Assembly: GCA_020435995.1 (NCBI GenBank)
Contig: JAGQYO010000006.1
Location: 2,105 to 66,104, forward strand
Reading direction: 5' to 3'
From: Flavobacteriales bacterium
Lineage (GTDB): Bacteria > Bacteroidota > Bacteroidia > Flavobacteriales_G > Salibacteraceae
DNA: 64,000 nucleotides
Shown here: positions 47,640 through 56,224 of the stretch, piece after piece
Layout: each line of letters starts with the position of its first letter
Numbering within the stretch: the first letter of the stretch is position 1
Notes under the pieces: generated by a model
Seen by the model: only the letters and a program-made list of their open reading frames with translations
The model's database searches: none
Told to the model about the DNA's origin: nothing
Translations under genes and position numbers: made by a program

Positions 47640-49610
47640 GTGAATTTTGACAAAAGAGAACTCTCAAACGAACAGTTAATTTCATTTTACCAAGCCTTGT
47701 TAAAACCGAGAATGATTGAAGAAAAAATGATGCTTCAATTGAGACAGGGTAAAATATCCAAATGGTTTAGCGCCTATGGCCAAGAAGCCACATCTGTAGG
47801 CGCAGTACTCGCCATGAATGAAGATGAATTTATTCTGCCCATGCACCGAAATTTGGGCATGTTTACCACGAGAAATATTCCTTTGAATCGACTTTTTGCT
47901 CAATATCAAGCAAAAAAAAGCGGCTATACAAAAGGGCGAGACCGCTCTCATCACTTTGGCGTGGCCGATTTGAAGGTCGTGGGAATGATATCACATTTAG
48001 GTGCCCAGCTTGGAATTGCCGATGGTATTGCGCTATCTGAAAAACTTGACAAAAGTGGGAGAGCTACATTGGTGGTATCAGGAGATGGAGGTGCCAGTGA
48101 AGGAGATTTTCATGAGGCTTTGAATGTAGCCGCCGTCTGGGATTTACCCGTTATTTTTTTAATTGAGAACAACCAATGGGGATTAAGCACCCCTAGCTCG
48201 GAGCAGTTTCGATGTGAAAACTTTATCCAAAAAGGGCCAGGTTATGGAATGAAAGCGGTGCAGTGTGATGGCAACAACGTTTTGGATGTTTATCACACAG
48301 TGAAAGCTGCGGCCGATGAAATGAGAAAAAAACCAGCTCCAGTTATCGTTGAGTGCATGACCTTCAGAATGAGGGGGCACGAAGAAGCATCCGGCACGAA
48401 GTATTACCCCGAAGGTTTAATAGAAAAATGGGAACCTTTTGATCCTTTAACCAATTTCGAGAAATATTTACTCGAGTCCAAGGTGCTGGATTCGGCTCAA
48501 ATAGAAAGTATTAGACTTGGGTTGAGGCTCGAAATCAACAAGGCCGTTGAAGAAGCGCATAACGAAGAAAAGATTGAGGTTAATACAGAAACAGAACTCA
48601 ACGACCTTTTTGCGCCCCACTTGCATGAAGTATCCGAGCCAAGTGAAAAGAAAGAAATGCGATTTATTGATGCCATTTCTCTGGGCTTGAAACAGGCCAT
48701 GGAAAAGCATCCCAATTTGGTATTAATGGGGCAGGATATCGCGGAATATGGTGGCGCATTTAAAGTTACCCAAGATTTGGTTACTCAATTTGGAAAGGAG
48801 AGAGTTAGAAATACACCCTTATGTGAATCGGCAATTATTGGAGCAGCTCTTGGACTTTCTATTAGAGGTAAAAAGGCGATGGTTGAAATGCAATTTTCTG
48901 ATTTTGTAAGTTGTGGATTCAACCAAATAGTAAATAACCTCGCAAAGATTCATTGGAGATGGGGGCAAAATGCAGATGTAGTTATTCGGATGCCTACTGG
49001 TGCAGGTGTTGCGGCTGGTCCTTTCCATTCTCAAAGCACCGAAGCTTGGTTTTATCATGTACCGGGATTAAAAATATTTTATCCAGCTTTTCCATCAGAA
49101 GCCAAAGCATTGCTTTTAGAGGCTTTTGCTGACCCAAATCCAGTACTTTTTTTCGAACACAAGGGCCTGTATCGTTCGTTGAGCGGAGAGGTTGACCAAA
49201 ATTATGTAACTCTCGAGTCAGGTAAGGCGAAAATTGAATTGGAAGGTTCCGATTTATCCATCATAACTTATGGACTAGGTGTCCACTGGGCGCTGGAAGC
49301 GGCAAAGCTCTATGCTGGAAAAATAGAAGTACTCAATTTAAGAACTTTAAGTCCATTAGATTGGGAATCAGTTTATGCTAGTGTTAGAAAAACAGGTAAG
49401 GTGATTGTATTACATGAGGCCAACCTCACAGGAGGAATCGGTGGAGATATTGCTTCACGAATTTCGGAAATGTGCTTCCATAATCTGGATGCACCTGTTA
49501 AAAGGTTGGCGAGTTTGGACACACCTATTCCATTTGATGCAAAACTCGAAGAGAATTATTTAGCTGCATCAAGATTGGCAGAGGCTATAGAGGAGATACT
49601 AAACTACTAA
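47640..49610 (+). CDS. Fused alpha/beta E1 component of a 2-oxoacid (branched-chain/pyruvate-type) dehydrogenase
   Basis: The alpha half has the TPP motif GDGGASEGDFHEALNVAAVWDLPVIFLIENN. The beta half starts near MRFIDAISLGLKQAMEKHPNLVLMGQDIAEYGGAFKVT. The start is uncertain: GTG 47640 is preferred, TTG 47619 is the ORF-track call. Confidence 0.88.
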   Translation: MNFDKRELSNEQLISFYQALLKPRMIEEKMMLQLRQGKISKWFSAYGQEATSVGAVLAMNEDEFILPMHRNLGMFTTRNIPLNRLFAQYQAKKSGYTKGRDRSHHFGVADLKVVGMISHLGAQLGIADGIALSEKLDKSGRATLVVSGDGGASEGDFHEALNVAAVWDLPVIFLIENNQWGLSTPSSEQFRCENFIQKGPGYGMKAVQCDGNNVLDVYHTVKAAADEMRKKPAPVIVECMTFRMRGHEEASGTKYYPEGLIEKWEPFDPLTNFEKYLLESKVLDSAQIESIRLGLRLEINKAVEEAHNEEKIEVNTETELNDLFAPHLHEVSEPSEKKEMRFIDAISLGLKQAMEKHPNLVLMGQDIAEYGGAFKVTQDLVTQFGKERVRNTPLCESAIIGAALGLSIRGKKAMVEMQFSDFVSCGFNQIVNNLAKIHWRWGQNADVVIRMPTGAGVAAGPFHSQSTEAWFYHVPGLKIFYPAFPSEAKALLLEAFADPNPVLFFEHKGLYRSLSGEVDQNYVTLESGKAKIELEGSDLSIITYGLGVHWALEAAKLYAGKIEVLNLRTLSPLDWESVYASVRKTGKVIVLHEANLTGGIGGDIASRISEMCFHNLDAPVKRLASLDTPIPFDAKLEENYLAASRLAEAIEEILNY

Positions 49611-49676
49611 GTGAGTAACAGATGTTACTGAGACAAGGTCAGAGAAGTAGTAACATTGCACTTCAAAATTAAATGT

Positions 49677-49976
49677 ATGAGCTTTTTGAGAAATTTATTG
49701 GGTCTGGGACCAAAGGTTGATGTGAAGGAATTGGTAAGCAATGGAGCTTCCATAATTGATGTTAGAACTTCTGGTGAATTCAAAGCTGGGCATCCAAAAA
49801 ATGCGATAAACATTCCCCTTGATCAAATTTCAAATAAGGTGAGTAAGGTACAATCGATGAAGCAGCCAATTGTGGTTTGTTGCCAATCAGGAATGAGAAG
49901 TGGGCAGGCGGCCAGAATTTTGAAATCCAATGGTATTGAAGCCTATAACGCAGGTTCCTGGACCAAACTACGATAA
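49677..49976 (+). CDS. Single-domain rhodanese (sulfurtransferase)
   Basis: The active-site loop is CQSGMRSGQA (CX5R-like). I prefer ATG 49677 (MSFLRNLLG) over the ORF-track TTG at 49656. Confidence 0.8.
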   Translation: MSFLRNLLGLGPKVDVKELVSNGASIIDVRTSGEFKAGHPKNAINIPLDQISNKVSKVQSMKQPIVVCCQSGMRSGQAARILKSNGIEAYNAGSWTKLR

Positions 49977-50384
49977 GTCGGGATTAAAAATCGAGTCTTT
50001 TAGTTTAGATAATTTATCAATGCTTAGTGGTTTGGTAAAATAGCTTTCGACCATTGGATGATCCTCACTTTTTTGTATGTCTTCTGGCGAAATAGAGGAA
50101 GTCAGCATATAAATTTTTGGAAATTTTTCCCAACCCTTATTAACCAACAAATCAAGAAATTCCCAGCCATTCATTATGGGCATGTTGATATCTAAAAATA
50201 TAATGTCGGGCGGAGCGTCATGCTTCGAAATGTAATCTTCCAATGCCTCGCGGCCGTTTACGGAAATGTGAATCTCTTCGCTAAACTCAAGTCTCTTCAA
50301 GAGTTTTGTATTGATTAGGTTTTGTATTGGGTCATCATCAATGAGTAGAATGCGTTTGAGTTTATTCATTAAAAAGTCTGTCAA
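49968..50384 (-). CDS. Stand-alone response regulator receiver domain (CheY-like)
   Basis: 138 aa. Acidic pocket LIDDD, phospho-acceptor IFLDINMP, and the conserved T (LTSS) and K (FTKP). There is no output domain. Confidence 0.85.
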   Translation of the reverse strand: MTDFLMNKLKRILLIDDDPIQNLINTKLLKRLEFSEEIHISVNGREALEDYISKHDAPPDIIFLDINMPIMNGWEFLDLLVNKGWEKFPKIYMLTSSISPEDIQKSEDHPMVESYFTKPLSIDKLSKLKDSIFNPDLS

Positions 50385-50468
50385 TTAGATTCAGAGGCCA
50401 ATAATACGACCAAGTCGTCACTTTGTTTCGCACCATCTGTAAATAATATTTTATTTGATTCAAAAGCC

Positions 50469-50476
50469 TACTTTTG
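50469..50476 (+). promoter_or_regulatory. Candidate -7 promoter box (TACTTTTG) directly upstream of the riboswitch
   Basis: Exact TAnnTTTG match ending 7 nt before the first base of the predicted P1 stem at 50484. Confidence 0.5.
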
Positions 50477-50479
50477 CCA

Positions 50480-50656
50480 TAGAATTGGGTGTCCAAATCA
50501 CGGTCGTGAAGTGGATGAAAAGGGAAGATTGTGAAATTCAATCGCTGTACCCGCAGCTGTAGTGCTCTTGATAAAGTTTCTATTACTCTAAAGTCACTGT
50601 AAAGTATTTACGGGAAGACGTAGAAATGAGCTAAGCCAGAAGACCTGCCCAATTAT
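50480..50656 (+). promoter_or_regulatory. Cobalamin (B12) riboswitch
   Basis: The conserved cores read in order: AAAAGGGAAGATTGTGAAATTCAATCGCTGTACCCGCAGCTGTAGTG, then AGTCACTG...CGGGAAGACG, then the B12 box GCTAAGCCAGAAGACCTGCCC. The P1 stem pairs aattggg (50484-50490) with cccaatt (50648-50654). It lies 60 nt upstream of the first gene of a TonB-receptor operon. Confidence 0.85.
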
Positions 50657-50716
50657 TTGAATCGCCTTCTTCGGGAGAAAGATGGCATTTGTTGAACAAT
50701 ATTTATTTATCATTTT

Positions 50717-52237
50717 ATGAAAAAAGGTTTTCTAACCTTGGCTTTTGGCCTGGCAATAACCCTGTCTAACGCGCAATACGTGAGTAATTTTGAAGGGTAT
50801 TTATCCACTCGAGATACGTTTTGGAATGGCTCCAAAGGTGAAGGTGGCATTAAAAGTGGCGGTAGTTTTTTTTTAAACAACTACAATAATTCTTGGGGTT
50901 CGTGGTCAGGTTTTTCAGTTTCTAGTATGACCGACACTGTGGCTGGCACTTGGGCCAATCAATATGCTAGTATTTCTGGAATGGGAGCGCATCAAAGTGT
51001 AAGTTATGGTGTTGTTTATAATTCAGGAGAAATTGTTTTGGCAAAATCTGCCACAATGGACACCGTGTTTGGGGTAATGGTCAATAATTCGACTTACGCT
51101 TACAAAACCATTAAAAATGGAGATGCTTTTGCCAAAAAGTTTGGTGGGACCAATGGAACTGATCTCGATTCATTTGTAGTGGTTTTCGAAGGTTTTGATT
51201 CGCTGGGAGCATCCAAGGGTGAAGTGGCTTTCTACTTAGCTGATTATCGTTTTCCGAATTCACAAAACGATTATATCATTAAAGACTGGACGTGGGTAGA
51301 TTTGTCACAATTGGGGGCCATTTCAAAAATTTCATTGAATTTTTACTCTAGTGATGTAGGAAAATTTGGAATGAACACACCAGCTTATATGTGCCTAGAT
51401 TCATTGGTGAAAAACACACCAAATACCCAGTTTGCGCCTATAGCCAACGATGATCATTTATATGTGCCAAGCAACAGCACAGATAATATTTTAGACCTTA
51501 CCTCAAACGATTTAGACCCTGATACGTCCCAACCTAATTTTACACTAAGCATAATTACCAATGCGCGGTTTGGCTACGCGGTTGTTGATACTAGTGGTAA
51601 AATGACATACACACCAAACTTTGGATTTAATAATTTGGATTCGATTAATTACCGAATCTGCGATCAACAGGGATTATGTGATGAAGGTCTCGCGCTCGTA
51701 ATGGTGAACTCGACTCCTTCTGCATACGGAGAAACAGATTCCGTATTGGTTGGTGCTACATCCATTTTAAATTTGGCATTAAACGAAGTCGACGAGGATA
51801 AAAACAATTTGTTTTATAGAATGATAGACTCATTTAAAGTTAAATCGTTTACCATTACAAGGGAGGGATTGCTGACCTATTTAGCACCTTCTGTATTCAC
51901 TGTCGATTCTGCGGTGTATCAGGTTTGCGATAAATTTGGTAAGTGCAATCGGGCTAGCGTAACCATCCATACAGTTGAAGAGTTTTTATCTGTGGATGAA
52001 AAAAACACTTTGCCTGGCGCATGGAAGCCGTTTCCCAATCCTACATCTGGCGTGATTTATTTCCCAACCTCCGAATTGGTTGATGTAAGGGTGATTGATA
52101 TTTCCGGAAAGGTATTTGAATTTGAAAAGCAAATGAAGCAAATAGATTTATCTGACTTTCCAGAAGGAATGTACCTTTTAGAGGTTTCTAATGATTCAGG
52201 GCGGCACTATTCTAAAATTCTAAAAACCAGCAATTGA
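50717..52237 (+). CDS. DUF4465-like domain protein with two Ig/cadherin-like domains and T9SS type A C-terminal sorting domain
   Basis: 506 aa with a signal peptide. The N-terminal roughly 230 aa (FWNGS...WGSWSGFSVSS...NQYASISG...YLADYRF...DWTWVDLSQLG...GMNTPAYMCLDSL) fit my memory of DUF4465. Next come ANDD...DLTSNDLDPD Ig-like repeats, and then the CTD FPNPTSGVIYF...GMYLLEVSN. Confidence 0.7.
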   Translation: MKKGFLTLAFGLAITLSNAQYVSNFEGYLSTRDTFWNGSKGEGGIKSGGSFFLNNYNNSWGSWSGFSVSSMTDTVAGTWANQYASISGMGAHQSVSYGVVYNSGEIVLAKSATMDTVFGVMVNNSTYAYKTIKNGDAFAKKFGGTNGTDLDSFVVVFEGFDSLGASKGEVAFYLADYRFPNSQNDYIIKDWTWVDLSQLGAISKISLNFYSSDVGKFGMNTPAYMCLDSLVKNTPNTQFAPIANDDHLYVPSNSTDNILDLTSNDLDPDTSQPNFTLSIITNARFGYAVVDTSGKMTYTPNFGFNNLDSINYRICDQQGLCDEGLALVMVNSTPSAYGETDSVLVGATSILNLALNEVDEDKNNLFYRMIDSFKVKSFTITREGLLTYLAPSVFTVDSAVYQVCDKFGKCNRASVTIHTVEEFLSVDEKNTLPGAWKPFPNPTSGVIYFPTSELVDVRVIDISGKVFEFEKQMKQIDLSDFPEGMYLLEVSNDSGRHYSKILKTSN

Positions 52238-53229
52238 AAATCTATCTACTTATACTTTTTGTTCTCGCCTCAAACCTAATTTTTGGACAAGGCTCATTTG
52301 ATGGTGGTGTAGGCACAACAGGATGTAAGGCAATTCATGCGGACAGCTCTGTTATCAAATCTTGGGGTTCCAAATGCGATGTATCGAGAGGATTTAAAGA
52401 CATTGCAAATCCAAATGAAGGAAAAGTGAATTTTGGGCAGGCAACAAACGGGATTGGGAAGGTAGACAACCAAGTTGTAAGTCTTGGAGATGGAGGAAGT
52501 GCAGTAGTAACTTTTGACGGACGGCTTTTTAATGGACCAGGTGCAGATTTTGTGGTGTTCGAAAATAGTTTTTCAGACGATTTCCTTGAGCTGGCATTTG
52601 TTGAGGTGAGTAAGGATGGACTCAACTACTGGCGTTTTCCGAGTATTTCCGAAACCCCTAACAACGTTCAAATGGACCCATTCGGGCTTATGAACCCCAC
52701 AAATATTTACAATTTGGCGGGGAAATACAGAGCCAGTTGGGGTGTCCCTTTCGATTTAGAGGAATTAAAAGATAGTTTGGGAGCTGACGCCGATAGCATT
52801 TATTTTATTAGAGTAGTTGATGTAGTAGGAAGCATTAAACCAGCATTTAGTAGAATGGACTCACGGGGTAATACCATCAACGATCCTTATCCTACCGACT
52901 ACGAAGTGGGTGGGTTTTACAATGGAGGTTTTGATTTAGATGCGGTTGGTTTAATTCATTATGATGGTCATATTTTTTTGTCTTCAAGTGAAAACGAATA
53001 CCAAGATGTTGCATTCACCTTTTTCCCCAATCCTGTTAAAGCTGCTTTAACGGTTAAGGCTGAAGGTGATTTTCATTTTCAGGTGATTTCTGGTCGAGGT
53101 GAAATAATAATGTCGCGAACATTTTATCAGCAAGGTGAGCTTAATTTGGAGCATATACCCGCCGGTGTGTATGTCATTGCCATAAAAACCAACACAGGAT
53201 TTGAAACCAAGAAGCTGATAAAAAGGTGA
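52234..53229 (+). CDS. Secreted protein of unknown function with T9SS type A C-terminal sorting domain
   Basis: 331 aa. The TTG start overlaps the upstream stop (TTGA), and a signal peptide is present. The core block is LGDGGSAVVTFDG...GPGADFVVFENSF...LELAFVEVSKDG. The CTD is FFPNPVKAALTV...GVYVIAIKTNTGFETKKLIK. Confidence 0.65.
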   Translation: MKIYLLILFVLASNLIFGQGSFDGGVGTTGCKAIHADSSVIKSWGSKCDVSRGFKDIANPNEGKVNFGQATNGIGKVDNQVVSLGDGGSAVVTFDGRLFNGPGADFVVFENSFSDDFLELAFVEVSKDGLNYWRFPSISETPNNVQMDPFGLMNPTNIYNLAGKYRASWGVPFDLEELKDSLGADADSIYFIRVVDVVGSIKPAFSRMDSRGNTINDPYPTDYEVGGFYNGGFDLDAVGLIHYDGHIFLSSSENEYQDVAFTFFPNPVKAALTVKAEGDFHFQVISGRGEIIMSRTFYQQGELNLEHIPAGVYVIAIKTNTGFETKKLIKR

Positions 53230-55097
53230 AATTAATTGGTGTTTATATATGGACATGCTGTTGGTGCCTTCCAGCGTTTTCACAGATAGACACCTTACTT
53301 TTTCTAAAGCCCTTTACTGTAGAAGATGAGCAGATAAAACCCACGTCGGCTTACAAATCGCTCACTATTGATTCGATGGTACTGCTTAAAGGCAATTATC
53401 TAAATGTGGGTGAATTGCTATTTCGTCATTCCGATTTGGTAGTTAAAAATTATGGAAGTGGTGCATTGTCAACGGCCAGTATGAGAGGGCTTGGTGCACA
53501 CCACACGAAGGTTTTTTGGAATGGTATTCCGCTTAATTCTGGCATGAATGGCACAACCGATCTTTCACTTATTTCTAAATCAACCTTTAGCGATGTTTAC
53601 CTGAACTATGGAGCGAGTGGAATTATTAATGGAGCAGGGGGATTAGGCGGTGCCATTGACTTAAGATATGTTCCCAACTTCGAAAATAAAATGAGCATCG
53701 CTGCCAGTCAAGGGTTTGAATCTATTGGAACATCTAATACTTCGTTTAATTATTTAACGAGCAGTAAAAAATGGAATTTTCAAACTGGGTTTAATTACCA
53801 AGTTTCGGCCAACGAATTTGAATACATCAACCCAGAAATAAACCTTGAAGAAAAAGTAAAAATGGAGGATGCGGGTTACGATAAAATCAATTTAACCCAA
53901 AGCATTTTTTTTAAGCATCGCACCAAGCATCGATTCGGACTTCGCGGGTTTTACACAGGCTCAAAGCGCGAACTACCCAAACTCAACGTGCAATTAAAAG
54001 GCACAGAAAATCAAGAAGATGAATCAATTATTGGCTCAGTGGAATATCAATTTACCGGAAAAAAGGTATTGATTTTAGCCCAATCATCGGTTTCTTTAAG
54101 TCACATTCTTTATGAAAACACCGCCATTAACTTGGTTTCCAATTCAAATGAATATAAATCTTGGAATCAGGTCAGAGCTAAGTATTTTATTGGACGCAAG
54201 TTGAAAATGGAATCGGCGCTAATCGGTGATTATACCCAAGGGTTTAATGAAAGCTATAGCCTTGCCAAAAGTCAAATATCAATGAGCATGCTGCATCAGG
54301 CAGAATGGTCTGTATATAAAGATGTTAAAGTTACGGCTATCACCAAAACCTTGGTGGTGGATGAGCATTTTTTTCCTATTCTACCTAGTTTGGGAATAGC
54401 CATTCCACTTTCAAAAAAAATGTTGATGTGGAGGGGTAATGTTGCATGGCAGGCATCCGTTCCATCATTAAATGACCAATATTGGGGAACAGGAGGAAAT
54501 GTGAATCTTCTTCCCGAAGAAGGTTTTAGTGTCGAAAGCGAATTGTACGGCAACCTTAAATTAAACCAGAGGAACCAATTCGAATACGAACTAACGGGTT
54601 ATTTTTCGGAAACCCACAATTGGATTGCATGGGCACCTAATTTGAATGGGGTTTGGATGGCTGAAAATTTAGACCATGTTACGGCCAAAGGTTTAGAATC
54701 GAGTTTTAAATGCGTATTTGAAGGAAGTAAAATTAGGGCAGCCACAGGGGCTCGATTTAGCTACAATGTTTCGCAAGATCAAAATGGATATCAATTGATT
54801 TATGTACCTAAAAACCGCTTTTTATATAACGTGGAGGTGGCGTTTTATAACTTTTTAGTCCTTTTTGATCATCAATTATCGGATAGGCTGTATATTCAAA
54901 AAGGTGAATTGGCGTTTTTACCCAGCTTTTCTCAATCTAATATTTCGCTCGGCAAGGAATGGAAGTTAAAAGACATGCATAGAATTTTAACTTCTGTTTA
55001 TTGTAAGAATATGTTTGATGAACCATTTCAAAGTGTGGCTCATAGGCCTATGCCGATGCGGTATTTTGGATTTACAATTAAATACAGCCTAAGTTGA
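53226..55097 (+). CDS. TonB-dependent outer-membrane receptor, BtuB-like by size and context
   Basis: 623 aa. The GTG start overlaps the upstream stop (GTGA). The plug domain reads VVKNYGSGALSTASMRGLGAHHTKVFWNGIPLNS, followed by a 22-strand-size barrel. The B12 assignment rests on the upstream riboswitch. Confidence 0.8.
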   Translation: MKLIGVYIWTCCWCLPAFSQIDTLLFLKPFTVEDEQIKPTSAYKSLTIDSMVLLKGNYLNVGELLFRHSDLVVKNYGSGALSTASMRGLGAHHTKVFWNGIPLNSGMNGTTDLSLISKSTFSDVYLNYGASGIINGAGGLGGAIDLRYVPNFENKMSIAASQGFESIGTSNTSFNYLTSSKKWNFQTGFNYQVSANEFEYINPEINLEEKVKMEDAGYDKINLTQSIFFKHRTKHRFGLRGFYTGSKRELPKLNVQLKGTENQEDESIIGSVEYQFTGKKVLILAQSSVSLSHILYENTAINLVSNSNEYKSWNQVRAKYFIGRKLKMESALIGDYTQGFNESYSLAKSQISMSMLHQAEWSVYKDVKVTAITKTLVVDEHFFPILPSLGIAIPLSKKMLMWRGNVAWQASVPSLNDQYWGTGGNVNLLPEEGFSVESELYGNLKLNQRNQFEYELTGYFSETHNWIAWAPNLNGVWMAENLDHVTAKGLESSFKCVFEGSKIRAATGARFSYNVSQDQNGYQLIYVPKNRFLYNVEVAFYNFLVLFDHQLSDRLYIQKGELAFLPSFSQSNISLGKEWKLKDMHRILTSVYCKNMFDEPFQSVAHRPMPMRYFGFTIKYSLS

Positions 55098-56146
55098 GAG
55101 TAATTACAGTTTTATTATTAGTTAGTGTCATGTTTTCGTGCTACAAAAAACATGAAGATTTTGGGCCACAATATCTCCAAACTAATATACCTGCGTCGGT
55201 TGTTCCATCTAACAAAATGCGCGGAGTATTAATCTTAAATGAAGGTAATTTCGGTCTTGGCAATTCGACTTTAACCCTTATTGATTCTACTGGAAAAGTA
55301 ACTAAGGACGCTTTTAGAAAGAAAAACGGAAACAATTTGGGTGATGTGGGACAATCCATTCTAGTAGTTGAAGACACTGCCTTTGTCGTTATTAATTCAT
55401 CCAATAAGGTCTACAAACTTCTGTTGCCCGATTTAGAATTATTGAAGCAGTCGCAATTGGCTGGTTCTCCGAGGTACATGATTAAATGGAAGGCCAACCG
55501 ATACCTTATTTCTGATATAGGTGCGGATAGAATCATGGTAGTTGATGGAAATCTGAATGAAATTGTAAGCGTAGATTCACCAGGGTGGAACGAAGAAATG
55601 TGGGTTGATTCGAAGTACGTTTTTGCTTGCAACGTAAAAGATAACAGGGTGGCAGTTTTTAATACATCCGACTTGTCTTTTGTAAAGTACATTTCTGTAG
55701 GTACCCAACCACAAAGTATAGTGCAAGATGCTCATGGAAAAATATGGGTACTTTGTGATGGCGGGTTCGATAAAAACAAGCAGAAATTGGCCACCTTACA
55801 TCGTATTGATGTATCCAATCTAACAACTGATTACCTCTATCAATTTCAAGAGATAAGTATGAGTCCAAGTAGACTCAGAATATCCTCAAATGGTCAGTTT
55901 TTATATTTTCTTAATTCATCTGTTTTTGCATTTAAAGTGGATTTATCAGAACCAGAACCTAAAGAAATCATATCAATGAATGGGGTCAATTTTTATGGAT
56001 TAGGCATTTCAATTGATGGGCAGATTTGGGCCAGCGATGCCAATGATTTTTCAAAAGATGGTAGGGTTCTTGTTTTCTCGCCGGAAGGAAAATTCGAATA
56101 CGAATTCAGTGCTGGGCATATTCCACAGCACATTGCGTTCTTTTGA
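55094..56146 (+). CDS. Beta-propeller lipoprotein (YncE/DUF5074-like), candidate BtuG-type surface B12-binding protein
   Basis: 350 aa. The TTG start overlaps the upstream stop (TTGA). Lipoprotein signal ...LLVSVMFSC. Repeated blade-like segments (GVLILNEGNFGLGNSTLTLID..., LGDVGQSILVVED..., RIMVVDGNLN..., RVAVFNTSD..., IWVLCDGG...). Confidence 0.65.
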   Translation: MRVITVLLLVSVMFSCYKKHEDFGPQYLQTNIPASVVPSNKMRGVLILNEGNFGLGNSTLTLIDSTGKVTKDAFRKKNGNNLGDVGQSILVVEDTAFVVINSSNKVYKLLLPDLELLKQSQLAGSPRYMIKWKANRYLISDIGADRIMVVDGNLNEIVSVDSPGWNEEMWVDSKYVFACNVKDNRVAVFNTSDLSFVKYISVGTQPQSIVQDAHGKIWVLCDGGFDKNKQKLATLHRIDVSNLTTDYLYQFQEISMSPSRLRISSNGQFLYFLNSSVFAFKVDLSEPEPKEIISMNGVNFYGLGISIDGQIWASDANDFSKDGRVLVFSPEGKFEYEFSAGHIPQHIAFF

Positions 56147-56211
56147 AAACTACCTTAAAATTACGTTTACATAATTTTATAAATGATTCAAAAAAAGGAT
56201 TCTTTTACCTT

Positions 56212-56219
56212 TACATTTG
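56212..56219 (+). promoter_or_regulatory. Candidate -7 promoter box (TACATTTG), 5 nt before the ATG
   Basis: Exact TAnnTTTG match inside the ORF-track N-terminal extension. The ATG at 56225 (MGRLLVILFF...) follows after 5 nt. Confidence 0.45.
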
Positions 56220-56224
56220 TGGCT

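Noticed and set aside
56183-56224. ORF-track start MIQKKDSFTFTFVA for the first trio gene
   Set aside because: A TACATTTG box lies inside it. The internal Met at 56225 begins a proper signal peptide.
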